Source: an uncultured Armatimonadetes bacterium
GTDB lineage: Bacteria > Armatimonadota > Fimbriimonadia > Fimbriimonadales > GBS-DC
Length of the DNA stretch: 39,855 bases
Direction of reading: 5' to 3'
Assembly (NCBI GenBank): GCA_937139515.1
Contig: CAKZQI010000298.1
Span: 1 to 39,855, forward strand
Of the stretch, positions 1-9,830 are shown in pieces. Below the pieces are notes generated by a model. That model searched no databases and was not told the DNA's origin. It worked only from the letters and a program-made list of their open reading frames with translations. Both the position numbers and the translations under genes were made by a program. Within the stretch, counting starts at the first letter, position 1. Every line of letters starts with the position of its first letter.

Positions 1-1
1 A

Positions 2-1951
2 CGACGACGAGGCGACTATGAAACGGCAGAAGAGCATTACAAGCGCGCACTGGAGATTTACGAACAAGTGGTGCCCGATTCGCTGAGCGTAGCCGACACA
101 CTCACCAATCTGGGGGTGCTGGCGCGCCACCGAGGCGACTTTGAAATGGCGGAGGCGTATCACAAGCAGGCGTTAGAAATCTGCGAGCGCCGTGTGCCCG
201 ACTCGCTGAATGTCGCCGATACGCTCACCAACCTTGGGGTGCTGGCGGGCAACCGAGGCGACTTAGAAACGGCAGAAGCCTATTACAAGCGGGCGTTGGT
301 CATCCGCGAACAACTGGCACCCAACTCTTTGGAGATGGTATTAATCCTCACCAATCTGGCGCACCTTGCATGCCAACATAAAGACTGGAGAACTGCCCAG
401 ACCTACCTCCAACGCGCCATCCAGATCACCGAGACCCAACGCCAAACCATCCGAGACCCCGAAACCCGCACCCTCTTCGCCCAACGCTACAGCGACCCCT
501 ACGCGCTGATGACCCTTACCTACCTCGCCACCAACCAGCCCCGCCAAGCGTTGGAAACCATAGAGCGCGCTCGCGCCCGCGCCCTCACCGAACTCATCGC
601 TGAACGCGAATGGCGCGTCGCCCCCGATGTACCCCCCGCTCTCCAACAACGCCAACAACAACTTCACGCCCGACGCACTTATGCCTACCGCCAGCTTGCC
701 AAAGCCGATAAGCGCACGCCTCCGCAAGAAGTCGCTCGCTGGCAACAGGAACTCCAGGAGGTCGCCGCGCTCCAGCGCGCCCTGAACGCCGACCTGCGCC
801 GTGCCTCGCCTCGCTACGCCCAACTGCGGTTCCCACCTCCGCTGAGCGCACAAACTATCCTGCGGTCGTTGGACGAGGGCACGCTGTTGGTCAGTTTCAT
901 CGTGGACGAGGCGGGCGTGTGGCTGTTGACCGCCACGCGCCAACAGGTGCGCGCCCATCGGCTCAACATCAGCGTGCGAGACCTGCGCCATCAGGTGAGG
1001 CGCTACTGCGACCTGCTCGCCCGCCCGACGCGCACCGCCAGCCCACAGTTGGTGCAGAGGGGCAGGGCGTTGTACCGTGCTTTGCTCCAACCTGCCGAGC
1101 GCGAGTTGCGCACCGCGAAGCGTCTGTTGATGGTGCCCGACGAGGCCCTGCACACCTTGCCCTTTGGAGCGTTGGTGGTGGGCACGAGTTCAGGGGGGCG
1201 TCCGACCTATCTGGTGGAGCGGTGGGCGGTACATCAAGTGCCGTCGGTGGGCACTTATCGTCAGGTGCGGGCGGTTCCGCGTGAGCGTCGTGGGGGGTAT
1301 GCGCTGTTGGCGGTGGGCGACCCGCGGTACGTGCCTGCGGGCACGGAAGTGGCTCAGCTTCGTTCTGAATTGGCGGAGCGGGGACTGAACCTAGAGCCGT
1401 TGCTCGCCACGCGTGAGGAGGTGCGGGCAATCGCACGCTTGTATGGCACGAACAGCAAGGTGTTGTTGGGGACTCAGGCAACGGTGAGGGCGGTGGTGCG
1501 CGAAGCTCCGAACGCGCAGGTGTTGCACTTGGCGTGTCATGGGGTGCTGGACATCAAAGACCCCTTGAGTTCGGCGTTGGCGTTGACGGCGGTGGATGGG
1601 GACGACGGGCTGTTGCGGGCGTATCAGGTGTTGGGCGAGTTGCGCTTGCAAGCGGAGTTGGTGGTGCTGGGTGCGTGTGAGACGGGTTTGGGTGAGGCGC
1701 GTCGTTCGGAGGGCGTGGTCGGGCTGAGTTGGGCGTTTTTGAGTGCGGGTTCTCGGAGTGTGGTGGTGTCGCTGTGGAAGGTGGACGACAAGGCGACGCG
1801 TCAGTTGCTAGTGGGGTTTCATCGCGCTTGGCGTGGGGGGCGGAGCAAGGATGAGGCACTGCGTGAGGCGCAGTTGGCGTTGGTGCGTTCGGAGGCGTAC
1901 AGTCATCCGTACTACTGGGCAGGTTTCGTGTTGATGGGGGACTATCGGTAG
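2..1951 (+). CDS. TPR-repeat + CHAT (caspase-like) protease domain protein, 5'-truncated by the window edge
   Basis: Frame is open from base 2 (RRRGDYETAEEHYKRALEIYEQV). TPR repeats of the form ADTLTNLGVLA..RGD.E.AEAY...AL. CHAT motifs VPDEALHTLPF, VLHLACHG, LVVLGACETG, SLWKVDD and HPYYWAGF are present. Confidence 0.93.
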   Translation, partial: RRRGDYETAEEHYKRALEIYEQVVPDSLSVADTLTNLGVLARHRGDFEMAEAYHKQALEICERRVPDSLNVADTLTNLGVLAGNRGDLETAEAYYKRALVIREQLAPNSLEMVLILTNLAHLACQHKDWRTAQTYLQRAIQITETQRQTIRDPETRTLFAQRYSDPYALMTLTYLATNQPRQALETIERARARALTELIAEREWRVAPDVPPALQQRQQQLHARRTYAYRQLAKADKRTPPQEVARWQQELQEVAALQRALNADLRRASPRYAQLRFPPPLSAQTILRSLDEGTLLVSFIVDEAGVWLLTATRQQVRAHRLNISVRDLRHQVRRYCDLLARPTRTASPQLVQRGRALYRALLQPAERELRTAKRLLMVPDEALHTLPFGALVVGTSSGGRPTYLVERWAVHQVPSVGTYRQVRAVPRERRGGYALLAVGDPRYVPAGTEVAQLRSELAERGLNLEPLLATREEVRAIARLYGTNSKVLLGTQATVRAVVREAPNAQVLHLACHGVLDIKDPLSSALALTAVDGDDGLLRAYQVLGELRLQAELVVLGACETGLGEARRSEGVVGLSWAFLSAGSRSVVVSLWKVDDKATRQLLVGFHRAWRGGRSKDEALREAQLALVRSEAYSHPYYWAGFVLMGDYR

Positions 1952-2022
1952 GAAGACGAGCACTTGTAGACCTCCCATAAGCAGGACAATCCCCCAACTC
2001 AACGAACCTACTGCAACAGGAG

Positions 2023-4212
2023 ATGGGGATGTTGATTGAGGGACTCGCTATGACACTAATCTGCCAGACGATGAGCAGTTATCAACTCCAGCCCTTTTTG
2101 CAAGACCGAGCGACCCACTACACGGTGCGTGAGGGGCTACCCGATGAGGGCGTCCACTGGATTGCGGTGTCGGGCAAGTGGGTGTGGGTTGCTACGCCCA
2201 AGGGAGTTGCCCGCGCCGACTGGAGCGCGCCCGCACGCTGGGAGCTGGTCGCCCCAACACCTGCCCGATGGCTCGTGCCCGATGGTCAAGGGGGCGTATA
2301 CTACGCAGACGAGCAGTCGGTAGGGCATCTTGCCCACGATAAGACTCACACCCGAAAGTTCACGATGGGCGAACTGGGTATCCAGATTGGGGCAAGCCGT
2401 ATCATCGGTATCCACCCTGCACGCGTGGGTGGGTTGTGGGTGTTGACTCCCGAATCGCTCCTCCACTGGGAGGGCACGCTCAAAGCGCATCACCCCGCAC
2501 CGACGAACCGTCAGTTTCGCTGGATGATAGAGGATGCTCAGGGCAGGCTCTATGCCTATGCCGAAGGCGAACTGGAGCGCCACCTGTACCGCTCCACGCC
2601 CGACGGCTGGCAGATTGTGGGTGTCAAAGACAATCGGGGACGCTACTACGATGACCTATGGTTCTGTGCGCTCAGCGACTCCAAAGGACACCTGTGGATT
2701 GGCACGCGCCCAGGCTTGCTGATTGGGGACGGCGAGGGCTGGTGGCTCACGCGTGAGGGGCGGGAGGGCGGTCCGCCGTATGGGATGGTACGTACGCTGG
2801 CTATCGCACCGAATGGCGACCTGTGGGCGGGTACACCCGAAGGTGCATGCCGACAGCGCGAGGGCAGGTGGAGCTACTTCTGGGGCAAACGCTGGCTCCC
2901 CAACAACCAAGTGAATGCGATAGCGATAGACCCCCAGAACCGCGCATGGGTCGCCACCAACGGGGGCGTCGCCTGTATCGAATCGGTGCGCTTGAGCCTG
3001 CGCGAGAAGGCAGAGCATTACGAGCAGATGATTGCCCTGCGCCACAATCGCAACGGTTTCGTCACCAACTGCGACTGGGACGACCCGAACGACCCCGACG
3101 GATGGAAGATTGAGGCGAGCGACAACGACGGGCTGTGGACGGCACTCTACAGCGCCGCGCAGTGCTTCCAATACGCCACCACCAAAGACACCCAAGCGCG
3201 CGAGCGTGCCCGCAAATCGATGCGTGCCCTGCTGGACTTGGAACGCTTGACGGGCATCCCAGGTTTCCCAGCACGCAGTATCATTCGCAAGGATGAGACT
3301 CGCTACTACCAATCGCGGGGCGAATGGCACGAATCGCCCGTAGACCCCAACTACATCTGGAAAGGTGACACCAGCTCCGACGAGCTGGATGGACACTACT
3401 TCATCTGGGCGGTCTACTACGACCTGGTGGCGGACGAGGGGGAGAAAGAGGCGATTCGCGGGGTGGTCAGGCGCGTGACCGACCACCTGATGCAAAACAA
3501 CTGGCGCCTGATAGACAAAGACGGCAAGCCGACCCGCTGGGCAATCTTCAATCCCGAAGCGATTAACGACGACCCGATTTGGGAAGAGGAGCGCGGGCTG
3601 AACTCGCTCTCGATCCTCTCGCACCTGAAAGTGGCGTACCATATCACGGGCGATGCGAAGTATCAGCAAGCCTATGAAGAACTCATCCGCAAGCACCACT
3701 ATCTCATCAACGCTATCACCCAGAAGATGCTCCCACCCTACGAGGTGAACCACTCGGACGACCAGTTGGCGTTTTTGTGTTACTACCCGTTCGTTATGTA
3801 CGAGCAAGACCCTGACTATCGGCGGATGTGGTTGATGAGCTTAGAGCGCAGTTGGCAGATAGAGCGCCCTGAGCGTAGCCCGCTGTTCAACTTCATCTAC
3901 GGGGCGCTCACGGGGAAGCCCTGCGATGTGGAGGCGTCGGTGCAGACCCTTCAGGAGTGGCCCCTCGACCTACGCAACTGGGAATGCCGAAACAGCCACC
4001 GTGCCGACATCGTGTTGGATACGCGCAAAGGACGTTTCGGCGAGTGGCAGTCGGTAGAGATTGTGCCCTACAGCGAGCGTTGTATGATGCGCTGGAACGG
4101 CAACCCCTACTGGCTGGATGCGGGCGACCCGCTGGGCAGGCGTGAGGAGGACGGCACAGCGTTCCTGTTGCCCTACTGGATGGGACGCTATCACAAAATC
4201 ATCTTGGAGTAG
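2023..4212 (+). CDS. Hypothetical protein with N-terminal ligand-binding-type beta-propeller repeats and a C-terminal alpha/alpha-barrel-like (glycoside hydrolase-like) domain
   Basis: Propeller repeats DSKGHLWIGT, APNGDLWAGT, DPQNRAWVAT. Acidic conserved-looking C-terminal motifs DNDGLWT, WKGDTSSDE, NHSDDQL. Start could be 2023, 2029 or 2050. Confidence 0.7.
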   Translation: MGMLIEGLAMTLICQTMSSYQLQPFLQDRATHYTVREGLPDEGVHWIAVSGKWVWVATPKGVARADWSAPARWELVAPTPARWLVPDGQGGVYYADEQSVGHLAHDKTHTRKFTMGELGIQIGASRIIGIHPARVGGLWVLTPESLLHWEGTLKAHHPAPTNRQFRWMIEDAQGRLYAYAEGELERHLYRSTPDGWQIVGVKDNRGRYYDDLWFCALSDSKGHLWIGTRPGLLIGDGEGWWLTREGREGGPPYGMVRTLAIAPNGDLWAGTPEGACRQREGRWSYFWGKRWLPNNQVNAIAIDPQNRAWVATNGGVACIESVRLSLREKAEHYEQMIALRHNRNGFVTNCDWDDPNDPDGWKIEASDNDGLWTALYSAAQCFQYATTKDTQARERARKSMRALLDLERLTGIPGFPARSIIRKDETRYYQSRGEWHESPVDPNYIWKGDTSSDELDGHYFIWAVYYDLVADEGEKEAIRGVVRRVTDHLMQNNWRLIDKDGKPTRWAIFNPEAINDDPIWEEERGLNSLSILSHLKVAYHITGDAKYQQAYEELIRKHHYLINAITQKMLPPYEVNHSDDQLAFLCYYPFVMYEQDPDYRRMWLMSLERSWQIERPERSPLFNFIYGALTGKPCDVEASVQTLQEWPLDLRNWECRNSHRADIVLDTRKGRFGEWQSVEIVPYSERCMMRWNGNPYWLDAGDPLGRREEDGTAFLLPYWMGRYHKIILE

Positions 4213-4215
4213 GCG

Positions 4216-5541
4216 TCAGCGTTCGGACGAGTCCTCGCTGGAAGCGCGTCGCAACCGCTCCAGAAAGGCGCGCAGGCGCTCCTCCTGACCGTGCGTAGTC
4301 GGCTCGTAGTAGGGCAGGCTCCAGTCGCCTTCGGGCATGTACACTTGGGCGACCCAGCCTTCGGGATAGTCGTGGGGGTACAGGTAGCCTTCGCTGTGTC
4401 CCATCGCTTTGAGCTGAGGGTGGGGCGCATTGCGCAGGTGAAGCGGAATGGGCGTCACAGGTTTAGAGCGCACATCGTCCATCGCACGCTTGATGCCCAC
4501 ATACGCCGAGTTGCTCTTTGGGGAGCAGGCTAAGTAAGTGGTGATATGCCCCAAGATAATCTGCGCTTCGGGCATCCCCACGCGCTCCACCGCCTGCGTG
4601 CCCGCTATTGCCAAAATCAGCGCCGTCGGGTTGGCGTTGCCGATGTCCTCGCTGGCAAGGATGAGCAAGCGACGCATAATGAAGCGTGGGTCTTCCCCCG
4701 CAACCAACATTCTCGCCAAGTAGTGCAACGCTGCGTCCGGGTCGCTCCCTCGGACCGACTTGATGAACGCCGAGATGGTGTCGTAGTGGTAATCGCCCTG
4801 CTGGTCGTAGCGGGGCATTGGTTTTTGGAGCAGTTGTTCTATCAGGCTCAGCGTAATCGTGCCCCCTGCAGGGGTTTGTACTCCAGCGGTCTCTAAGAGG
4901 TTCAGCGCCAGTCGCGCATCGCCATTCGCCACCCGAATGAGGTGCTGGAGGGCGTCGTCTTCAATCTGCAAGTTCAGGGTGCCCAACCCCCGTTCGGTGT
5001 CGGTGAGGGCGCGTTGGATCAGAAGGCGCAGGTGGGTTTCTTCCAACGGCTTGAGAGTCAGCACGCGCGCCCTGGAGAGAAGCGCTCCCGCCAACACGAA
5101 GAACGGGTTCTCGGTCGTCGCTCCAATCAAGGTGAAAGTGCCATCCTCCAAGTAGCCGAGAAGCGAGTCTTGCTGGGTGCGGTTGAAATGGTGGATTTCG
5201 TCCAGCAGGAGGATGGTGCGTTGTCCGCTGGCACGGCGTCGCTGGCGGGCGCGTTCTGCGACCTTGCGTATCTCCTGCACGCCTATCGCCACAGCACTGT
5301 GGCTTTCCACGATGGCGTTGGAGTAGCGGGCAATCAGGTGAGCGAGGCTGGTTTTGCCACAGCCCGGAGGCGCCCACAGGATGACCGAACCGAGTATGCC
5401 CTGCTCAATCGCTTGGCGGATGGGCATTCCTGACGCCAGAAGATGTTCCTGTCCGACATACTCGTCCAGCGTTCGGGGGCGCAGGCGCGTCGCCAGCGGA
5501 AGCGTCGGGTCATGCTCATCTCCAAACAGGTCTGCCTGCAT
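4216..5541 (-). CDS. rarA: Replication-associated recombination protein A (AAA+ ATPase)
   Basis: PLA.RLRP..LDEYVGQEHL, Walker A PPGCGKT, LDEIH, ATTENP, SAFIKSVRGSDPDAA, ASEDIGNA, PKSNS, YLYPHD. Start reassigned to MQADLF at 5541. Confidence 0.95.
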   Translation of the reverse strand: MQADLFGDEHDPTLPLATRLRPRTLDEYVGQEHLLASGMPIRQAIEQGILGSVILWAPPGCGKTSLAHLIARYSNAIVESHSAVAIGVQEIRKVAERARQRRRASGQRTILLLDEIHHFNRTQQDSLLGYLEDGTFTLIGATTENPFFVLAGALLSRARVLTLKPLEETHLRLLIQRALTDTERGLGTLNLQIEDDALQHLIRVANGDARLALNLLETAGVQTPAGGTITLSLIEQLLQKPMPRYDQQGDYHYDTISAFIKSVRGSDPDAALHYLARMLVAGEDPRFIMRRLLILASEDIGNANPTALILAIAGTQAVERVGMPEAQIILGHITTYLACSPKSNSAYVGIKRAMDDVRSKPVTPIPLHLRNAPHPQLKAMGHSEGYLYPHDYPEGWVAQVYMPEGDWSLPYYEPTTHGQEERLRAFLERLRRASSEDSSER

Positions 5542-5595
5542 AACCGTATCATACCTGCACAAAGCGTGGGGTATTATAACGCTGAGGTGATTGCA

Positions 5596-6528
5596 ATGAC
5601 GCAGACCGAAGTGAGGCTTTATCCCGGCATGGGGCTGACCACCACCAAAGCCCCTTTCATCGAGGTGGCGCGCAGTAAGGGCGAACTGTATATTGAGCAA
5701 CCTTACGAACTGTACTCCGAAGAGAACCACGAAGCTTGGCGAAGGCTCTACGCACGAATTCAAGAACGATGGCACAAATACGCCACTGACAAGTTTCTGG
5801 AGGGGATTTCTAAACTCTGCTTAGACCCGAACCGTGTGCCCCGCTTGGACGATGTGAACCAGTTCCTTGCACCGCTCACCGGTTTCAAGGCGAAGGCGGT
5901 TTCAGGCTATGTGCCTGCGTATATCTTCTTTGATTGCCTGCGCAACCGTGAGTTCCCCACCACAATCACCGTGCGTAGTATTGACTCGCTGGACTATCTG
6001 CCCGAGCCAGATATTTTCCACGACATTGCAGGGCATGTGCCGATGCACACCGACAAGCGGTTTGCCGACACGCTTGTGCGCTTTGGCGAGGCGGCGCACA
6101 CCGCCGCACGGCTCGTGCAGGAAATCAAAGACCCTGACCTCCAAGTTCAGCGCATTATCAGCATCACCAAAGCATTGGCGCGATTCTTCTGGTTCACCAT
6201 TGAGTTTGGGCTGATGCGCGGAACGAACGGCGAACTCCGAGTTTACGGCAGTGGGCTTCTCAGCTCGTATGGCGAGCTGGCACACGCCATCGAATCGCCC
6301 GATGTCCAACGCTACCCCATCCAGCTGGAGTGGGTGATTAACCAATACTTTGAGATTGACCACTACCAGCCGTTGCTGTTTATCGTCGACTCGTTTGACC
6401 ATCTGTTCGACCTGGTTGACCAGTTGGAGCGCTGGATGCTGGAAGGCAAGCTCAACAATGTCGCTCCGGGCGAGCCGAAGATGAGCGAGCAGGATATTCG
6501 TAGCTTCTTGGAGGCTTCGGTAGACTAA
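5596..6528 (+). CDS. phhA: Phenylalanine 4-hydroxylase (pterin-dependent aromatic amino acid hydroxylase)
   Basis: DYLPEPDIFHDIAGHVP, FWFTIEFGL and YGSGLLSSYGE carry the His-His-Glu iron ligands. RBS GAGGTG precedes ATG 5596. Confidence 0.92.
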   Translation: MTQTEVRLYPGMGLTTTKAPFIEVARSKGELYIEQPYELYSEENHEAWRRLYARIQERWHKYATDKFLEGISKLCLDPNRVPRLDDVNQFLAPLTGFKAKAVSGYVPAYIFFDCLRNREFPTTITVRSIDSLDYLPEPDIFHDIAGHVPMHTDKRFADTLVRFGEAAHTAARLVQEIKDPDLQVQRIISITKALARFFWFTIEFGLMRGTNGELRVYGSGLLSSYGELAHAIESPDVQRYPIQLEWVINQYFEIDHYQPLLFIVDSFDHLFDLVDQLERWMLEGKLNNVAPGEPKMSEQDIRSFLEASVD

Positions 6529-6550
6529 GCAAGTGCGTGTTTGAGAAACA

Positions 6551-6590
6551 GCAGGGGGGCTGGCGTCATTCACACTACTTGCCCCCCTGC
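6551..6590 (+). terminator. GC-rich hairpin downstream of phhA, possible terminator
   Basis: Perfect 10-bp inverted repeat GCAGGGGGGC / GCCCCCCTGC with a 20-nt loop, followed by ATCTTT. Confidence 0.45.
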
Positions 6591-6679
6591 ATCTTTCAGA
6601 GAACTTCAGTGTTCTCCTATCCTTTCTCGGTTTATTCATTCGTGTCATCCCGCTGTTTTTCAAAGGTATACTGCCGGGC

Positions 6680-7933
6680 GTGCGCTGGGTAATCGGGTTT
6701 TGGAGCCTTTTGGTAGTGCTGAGGCTGGGCTACGCGCTCTTGGCGCCCTCATTAGACCCATTCCTGCGCAACGACCCCCTGCACGGCGATGCGCGCGCCC
6801 ATGACCAGATTGCTTGGACGCTGGCAAGCGAGGGGCGCTACGAGTTCGTCAAGGGTCTACAAACCGCCCCAGCTTATTTGGTGCTGATGGCGGGCGTCTA
6901 TTCCTTTGTGGGGCACGAACCTCAAGCCGTGCGCCTGCTTAATGGGCTACTGGGCATACTGACGCTGTGGGGGATTTTTCGGTTGGCAAGGCGATGGCTC
7001 GGTGAGCGCCTCGCCTACTGGGTTGTGGGACTTTGTGCCGTTCATCCGCACCTGCTGATGACTTCGGGCTGGCTCTACACCGAGAATTTGGTGTTGCCCC
7101 TCGTTGTGTGGGCGATTGCACTGGCGGTTGGGGCGCGTAGTTACTCGGATGCCGTAGGGGTTGGACTGCTGTTGGGGCTTTTGGCGCTCACACGGGCGAA
7201 CTTTCTGCCTTTTATCGTGCTGGTGGCACTGTGGTGGGGGCTACTGGTGTTGAAGCGCACCAATGACTCGGCGCCAAAAGTGGACTATCTGGGCGCGGTG
7301 GTGATGCTCCTGACCGCCAGTATTGTGATGGCTCCCTACATCGCCTATCTGTACGGTCGGTTCGGGCATTTTATCCCGATTAGTTTGGGGGGGTACACCT
7401 TCCTCTGGGCGAACAACCCTGAAGCCGACGGGGGGTTCCGCGCCGATTTCTTGGAACTCAGGATGACGGTGGACGGGCAGATGGTGCGCGTGCGGGACTA
7501 CATCGCCTCGCCTGACCCTGTGGAGCGCGACCGAAAGGCGCTCCGACTGGCAGTGGACTGGATACGGCAGAACCCTACCGATTTCCTTAGCCTCCTCTGG
7601 AAGAAGACCCGACTGAGCCTGTCGGCATTCGGGCTTCAAGAGGCGGGCAATCGCCGAATGGTGCAACTGCTCCGATTGACCGATGGGGTCTATTGGCTCT
7701 TCTTGCTGGTGGCGCACATAGGGTTCCTATGGGGGGTGCGCGGGCACTGGCGCGAGTGGGGGCTGGTCGCCCTGCTGTGGGGCTGGATATGGCTCGGGAT
7801 ATGGCTCTACGCAGGGGGGAGCCGTGTGCTTCTGCCCGTGATGCCGTTCGTGGTGCTGTTTTTTGTGCGGGGCGTTGCGCTCATCCTGTCTCGGCGCCAG
7901 CGCCCAGCACACGCAGATACTGCTCCACAATAA
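6680..7933 (+). CDS. GT-C fold membrane glycosyltransferase (ArnT/PMT_2, GT39-like)
   Basis: Multiple transmembrane segments, D..AH..IA..LA, P.Y..LMA.VY...G, LYTENL, LALTR.N, LWANNP.ADG. Confidence 0.8.
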   Translation: MRWVIGFWSLLVVLRLGYALLAPSLDPFLRNDPLHGDARAHDQIAWTLASEGRYEFVKGLQTAPAYLVLMAGVYSFVGHEPQAVRLLNGLLGILTLWGIFRLARRWLGERLAYWVVGLCAVHPHLLMTSGWLYTENLVLPLVVWAIALAVGARSYSDAVGVGLLLGLLALTRANFLPFIVLVALWWGLLVLKRTNDSAPKVDYLGAVVMLLTASIVMAPYIAYLYGRFGHFIPISLGGYTFLWANNPEADGGFRADFLELRMTVDGQMVRVRDYIASPDPVERDRKALRLAVDWIRQNPTDFLSLLWKKTRLSLSAFGLQEAGNRRMVQLLRLTDGVYWLFLLVAHIGFLWGVRGHWREWGLVALLWGWIWLGIWLYAGGSRVLLPVMPFVVLFFVRGVALILSRRQRPAHADTAPQ

Positions 7934-8975
7934 CCCCCTCTTCAAACTGCTGAAGCCATTCGTCGGGCACGGATTGTCCGCCTCCCTCAAGCACTTCCAA
8001 GATTGCTTTCGCCATCGCGACGGGGTCAGCGACTGGCACGAGATGTCCATAGCGCCCGCCGTCCAAGATTTCACGCGGTCCGCTGGGGCAATCGGTGCTC
8101 ACGACGGGACAGCCACACGCCATCGCTTGGATGAGCGCATTCGGCAGCCCCTCAAAGCGTGAGGAGAGCACGAACACGCTGGCGTGGCGCATCGCAGGGA
8201 ACGGGTTCGGCGTGAAGCCTGGCAAAGCCACATGGTCGGCGATACCCAACGATTGCGCGAGCCTCTCAAGGTGAGAACGCTCGTTACCCTCGCCGAATAT
8301 CACCAAGCGCGCTGGGCGCACCTGCAACACAATCGCAAACGCATTCAGCAAGGTCGCAAAGTCTTTCTGAGGTTCCAATCGCCCCACCCCCAACACGACG
8401 GGCACTTCGGGCGTGTGGAACCACGGATGGGTGGGCATCTCCCGACTGAGCTGGCGCAGGCGGTCGTTCAACACGGGGTTGTAGATGACCACGGGGTTGG
8501 GTACGCCCAGCGCGCTCAGCGACTCGGCGACCCCACGCGACACGGCGACCACCACATCGGCTTGACGGTATATGCGCGCAATCAAGCGGGGCACGATGCG
8601 GTCTTTGAACAGTTGGGCTTGACGGAACTCTTGCGTGGGTGTGTTCGCCTCGCGCACCACCACGCGGGTCGGTACACGCGCCAGCCTGCGGGCGAGAATG
8701 GCGACTAAGTTTGGCTGGGAGAGCGTCGCCAGCAGGGCACTGGGACGCTCCTGCTTGAGATAGCGCGCCAAGCGTGGGAGCGCACGCACCATACGCCCAG
8801 CACCCAAGTCCACCACACGGATGGCGTGGTTCAGCTCTTTGAGTAGCTCGCCCTCTGCGCTGGACAGCACGAGTTCAACGGAGTGCCTGCGCGCACGGAA
8901 TCCGTGCATCAGAGTCGACATCACCCGCTCAGCGCCACCCGCGTGCAGGTGCGCCATAAAAATCGCCAGTTTCAC
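7881..8975 (-). CDS. Glycosyltransferase family 4 (GT-B)
   Basis: GGAERV, VGRLEPQKDF, SSRFEGLPNALIQAMACGCPVVSTDCPSGP. Confidence 0.93.
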   Translation of the reverse strand: MKLAIFMAHLHAGGAERVMSTLMHGFRARRHSVELVLSSAEGELLKELNHAIRVVDLGAGRMVRALPRLARYLKQERPSALLATLSQPNLVAILARRLARVPTRVVVREANTPTQEFRQAQLFKDRIVPRLIARIYRQADVVVAVSRGVAESLSALGVPNPVVIYNPVLNDRLRQLSREMPTHPWFHTPEVPVVLGVGRLEPQKDFATLLNAFAIVLQVRPARLVIFGEGNERSHLERLAQSLGIADHVALPGFTPNPFPAMRHASVFVLSSRFEGLPNALIQAMACGCPVVSTDCPSGPREILDGGRYGHLVPVADPVAMAKAILEVLEGGGQSVPDEWLQQFEEGVIVEQYLRVLGAGAETG

Positions 8976-9010
8976 TGAGCCAATTGTACCGCTCAGGTAG
9001 AATCGTGTCT

Positions 9011-9808
9011 ATGTCAGAGAAAGTCACCGTGCGTACCCTCAGGCAGATGAAGACGCGTCACGAACGGATTGTGGCAATCACTGCTTACGATTATCCCTCT
9101 GCCGCGCTTGCTGACTCGGCGGGCGTGGATGTGGTATTGGTGGGCGATTCGGTGGGCAACACGGTGCTGGGCTACGACACGACCCTGCCCGTGCGTCTGG
9201 AGGAGATAGAACACCACCTGCGAGCGGTTCGGCGGGGGCTGAAGCGCGCTCTGCTCGTTGCCGATATGCCGTTTCTGACCTACGGCGTGTCGGTGTCCGA
9301 GTCGGTTCAGAATGCGGGGCGCCTCATGCAAGCGGGCGCGGAGGCGGTCAAGGTAGAGGGCGCAACCGAGCCAGTGCTGGAAGCCATCCGCGCGATGGTG
9401 GGCATCGGCATTCCTGTGATGGCACACTTAGGGCTGACACCTCAATCCATACACCAGTTCGGCGGGTATCGGGTTCAAGGGCGTGGCGAGCAGGCGCGGG
9501 CATTACTTCAGTCTGCGCAGGCGGTGCAGTCGGCAGGGGCGTTCGCCGTGGTGCTGGAGGTCATTCCAGCCTCGCTCGCCCAACAGATTACCGAGACGCT
9601 GGAAATCCCCACGATTGGCATCGGCGCAGGCGTCCACTGCGACGGCGAAATCCAAGTGTGGCACGATCTGCTGGGACTGAACCCCCAGACATTCAAACAC
9701 GCTAAGCGCTACGCCAACCTTCACGAGGTCATCCAAGGCGCCTTGCGCGCGTACGCCCGGGAGGTGCGCGAGCGAAAGTTCCCCACCGAAGAACACAGTT
9801 TCGAGTAA
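9011..9808 (+). CDS. panB: 3-methyl-2-oxobutanoate hydroxymethyltransferase
   Basis: TAYD, LVGDS, ADMPF, VKVEG, HLGLTPQS, PTIGIGAG..CDGEIQV.HD. Start ATG 9011. Confidence 0.96.
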   Translation: MSEKVTVRTLRQMKTRHERIVAITAYDYPSAALADSAGVDVVLVGDSVGNTVLGYDTTLPVRLEEIEHHLRAVRRGLKRALLVADMPFLTYGVSVSESVQNAGRLMQAGAEAVKVEGATEPVLEAIRAMVGIGIPVMAHLGLTPQSIHQFGGYRVQGRGEQARALLQSAQAVQSAGAFAVVLEVIPASLAQQITETLEIPTIGIGAGVHCDGEIQVWHDLLGLNPQTFKHAKRYANLHEVIQGALRAYAREVRERKFPTEEHSFE

Positions 9809-9830
9809 GCCACTCTGCCCCAAACTGGGG

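Noticed and set aside
2-1951. CRISPR-associated (Craspase-type) protease system
   Set aside because: No Cas7-11/gRAMP or CRISPR array in the window, and the upstream context is not visible.
2656-3807. Long antisense ORFs (for example 2656-3807, 341-1153, 26704-27531, 34945-35760)
   Set aside because: Shadow frames of well-supported genes in GC-rich DNA, with no recognisable motifs.
5443-5775. Overlapping N-terminal extensions of rarA and phhA (similarly aspC from 16353, trxB from 33230, panB from 8984)
   Set aside because: These are ORF-finder longest-start artefacts. Homology-like sequence and promoter/RBS signals indicate later starts.
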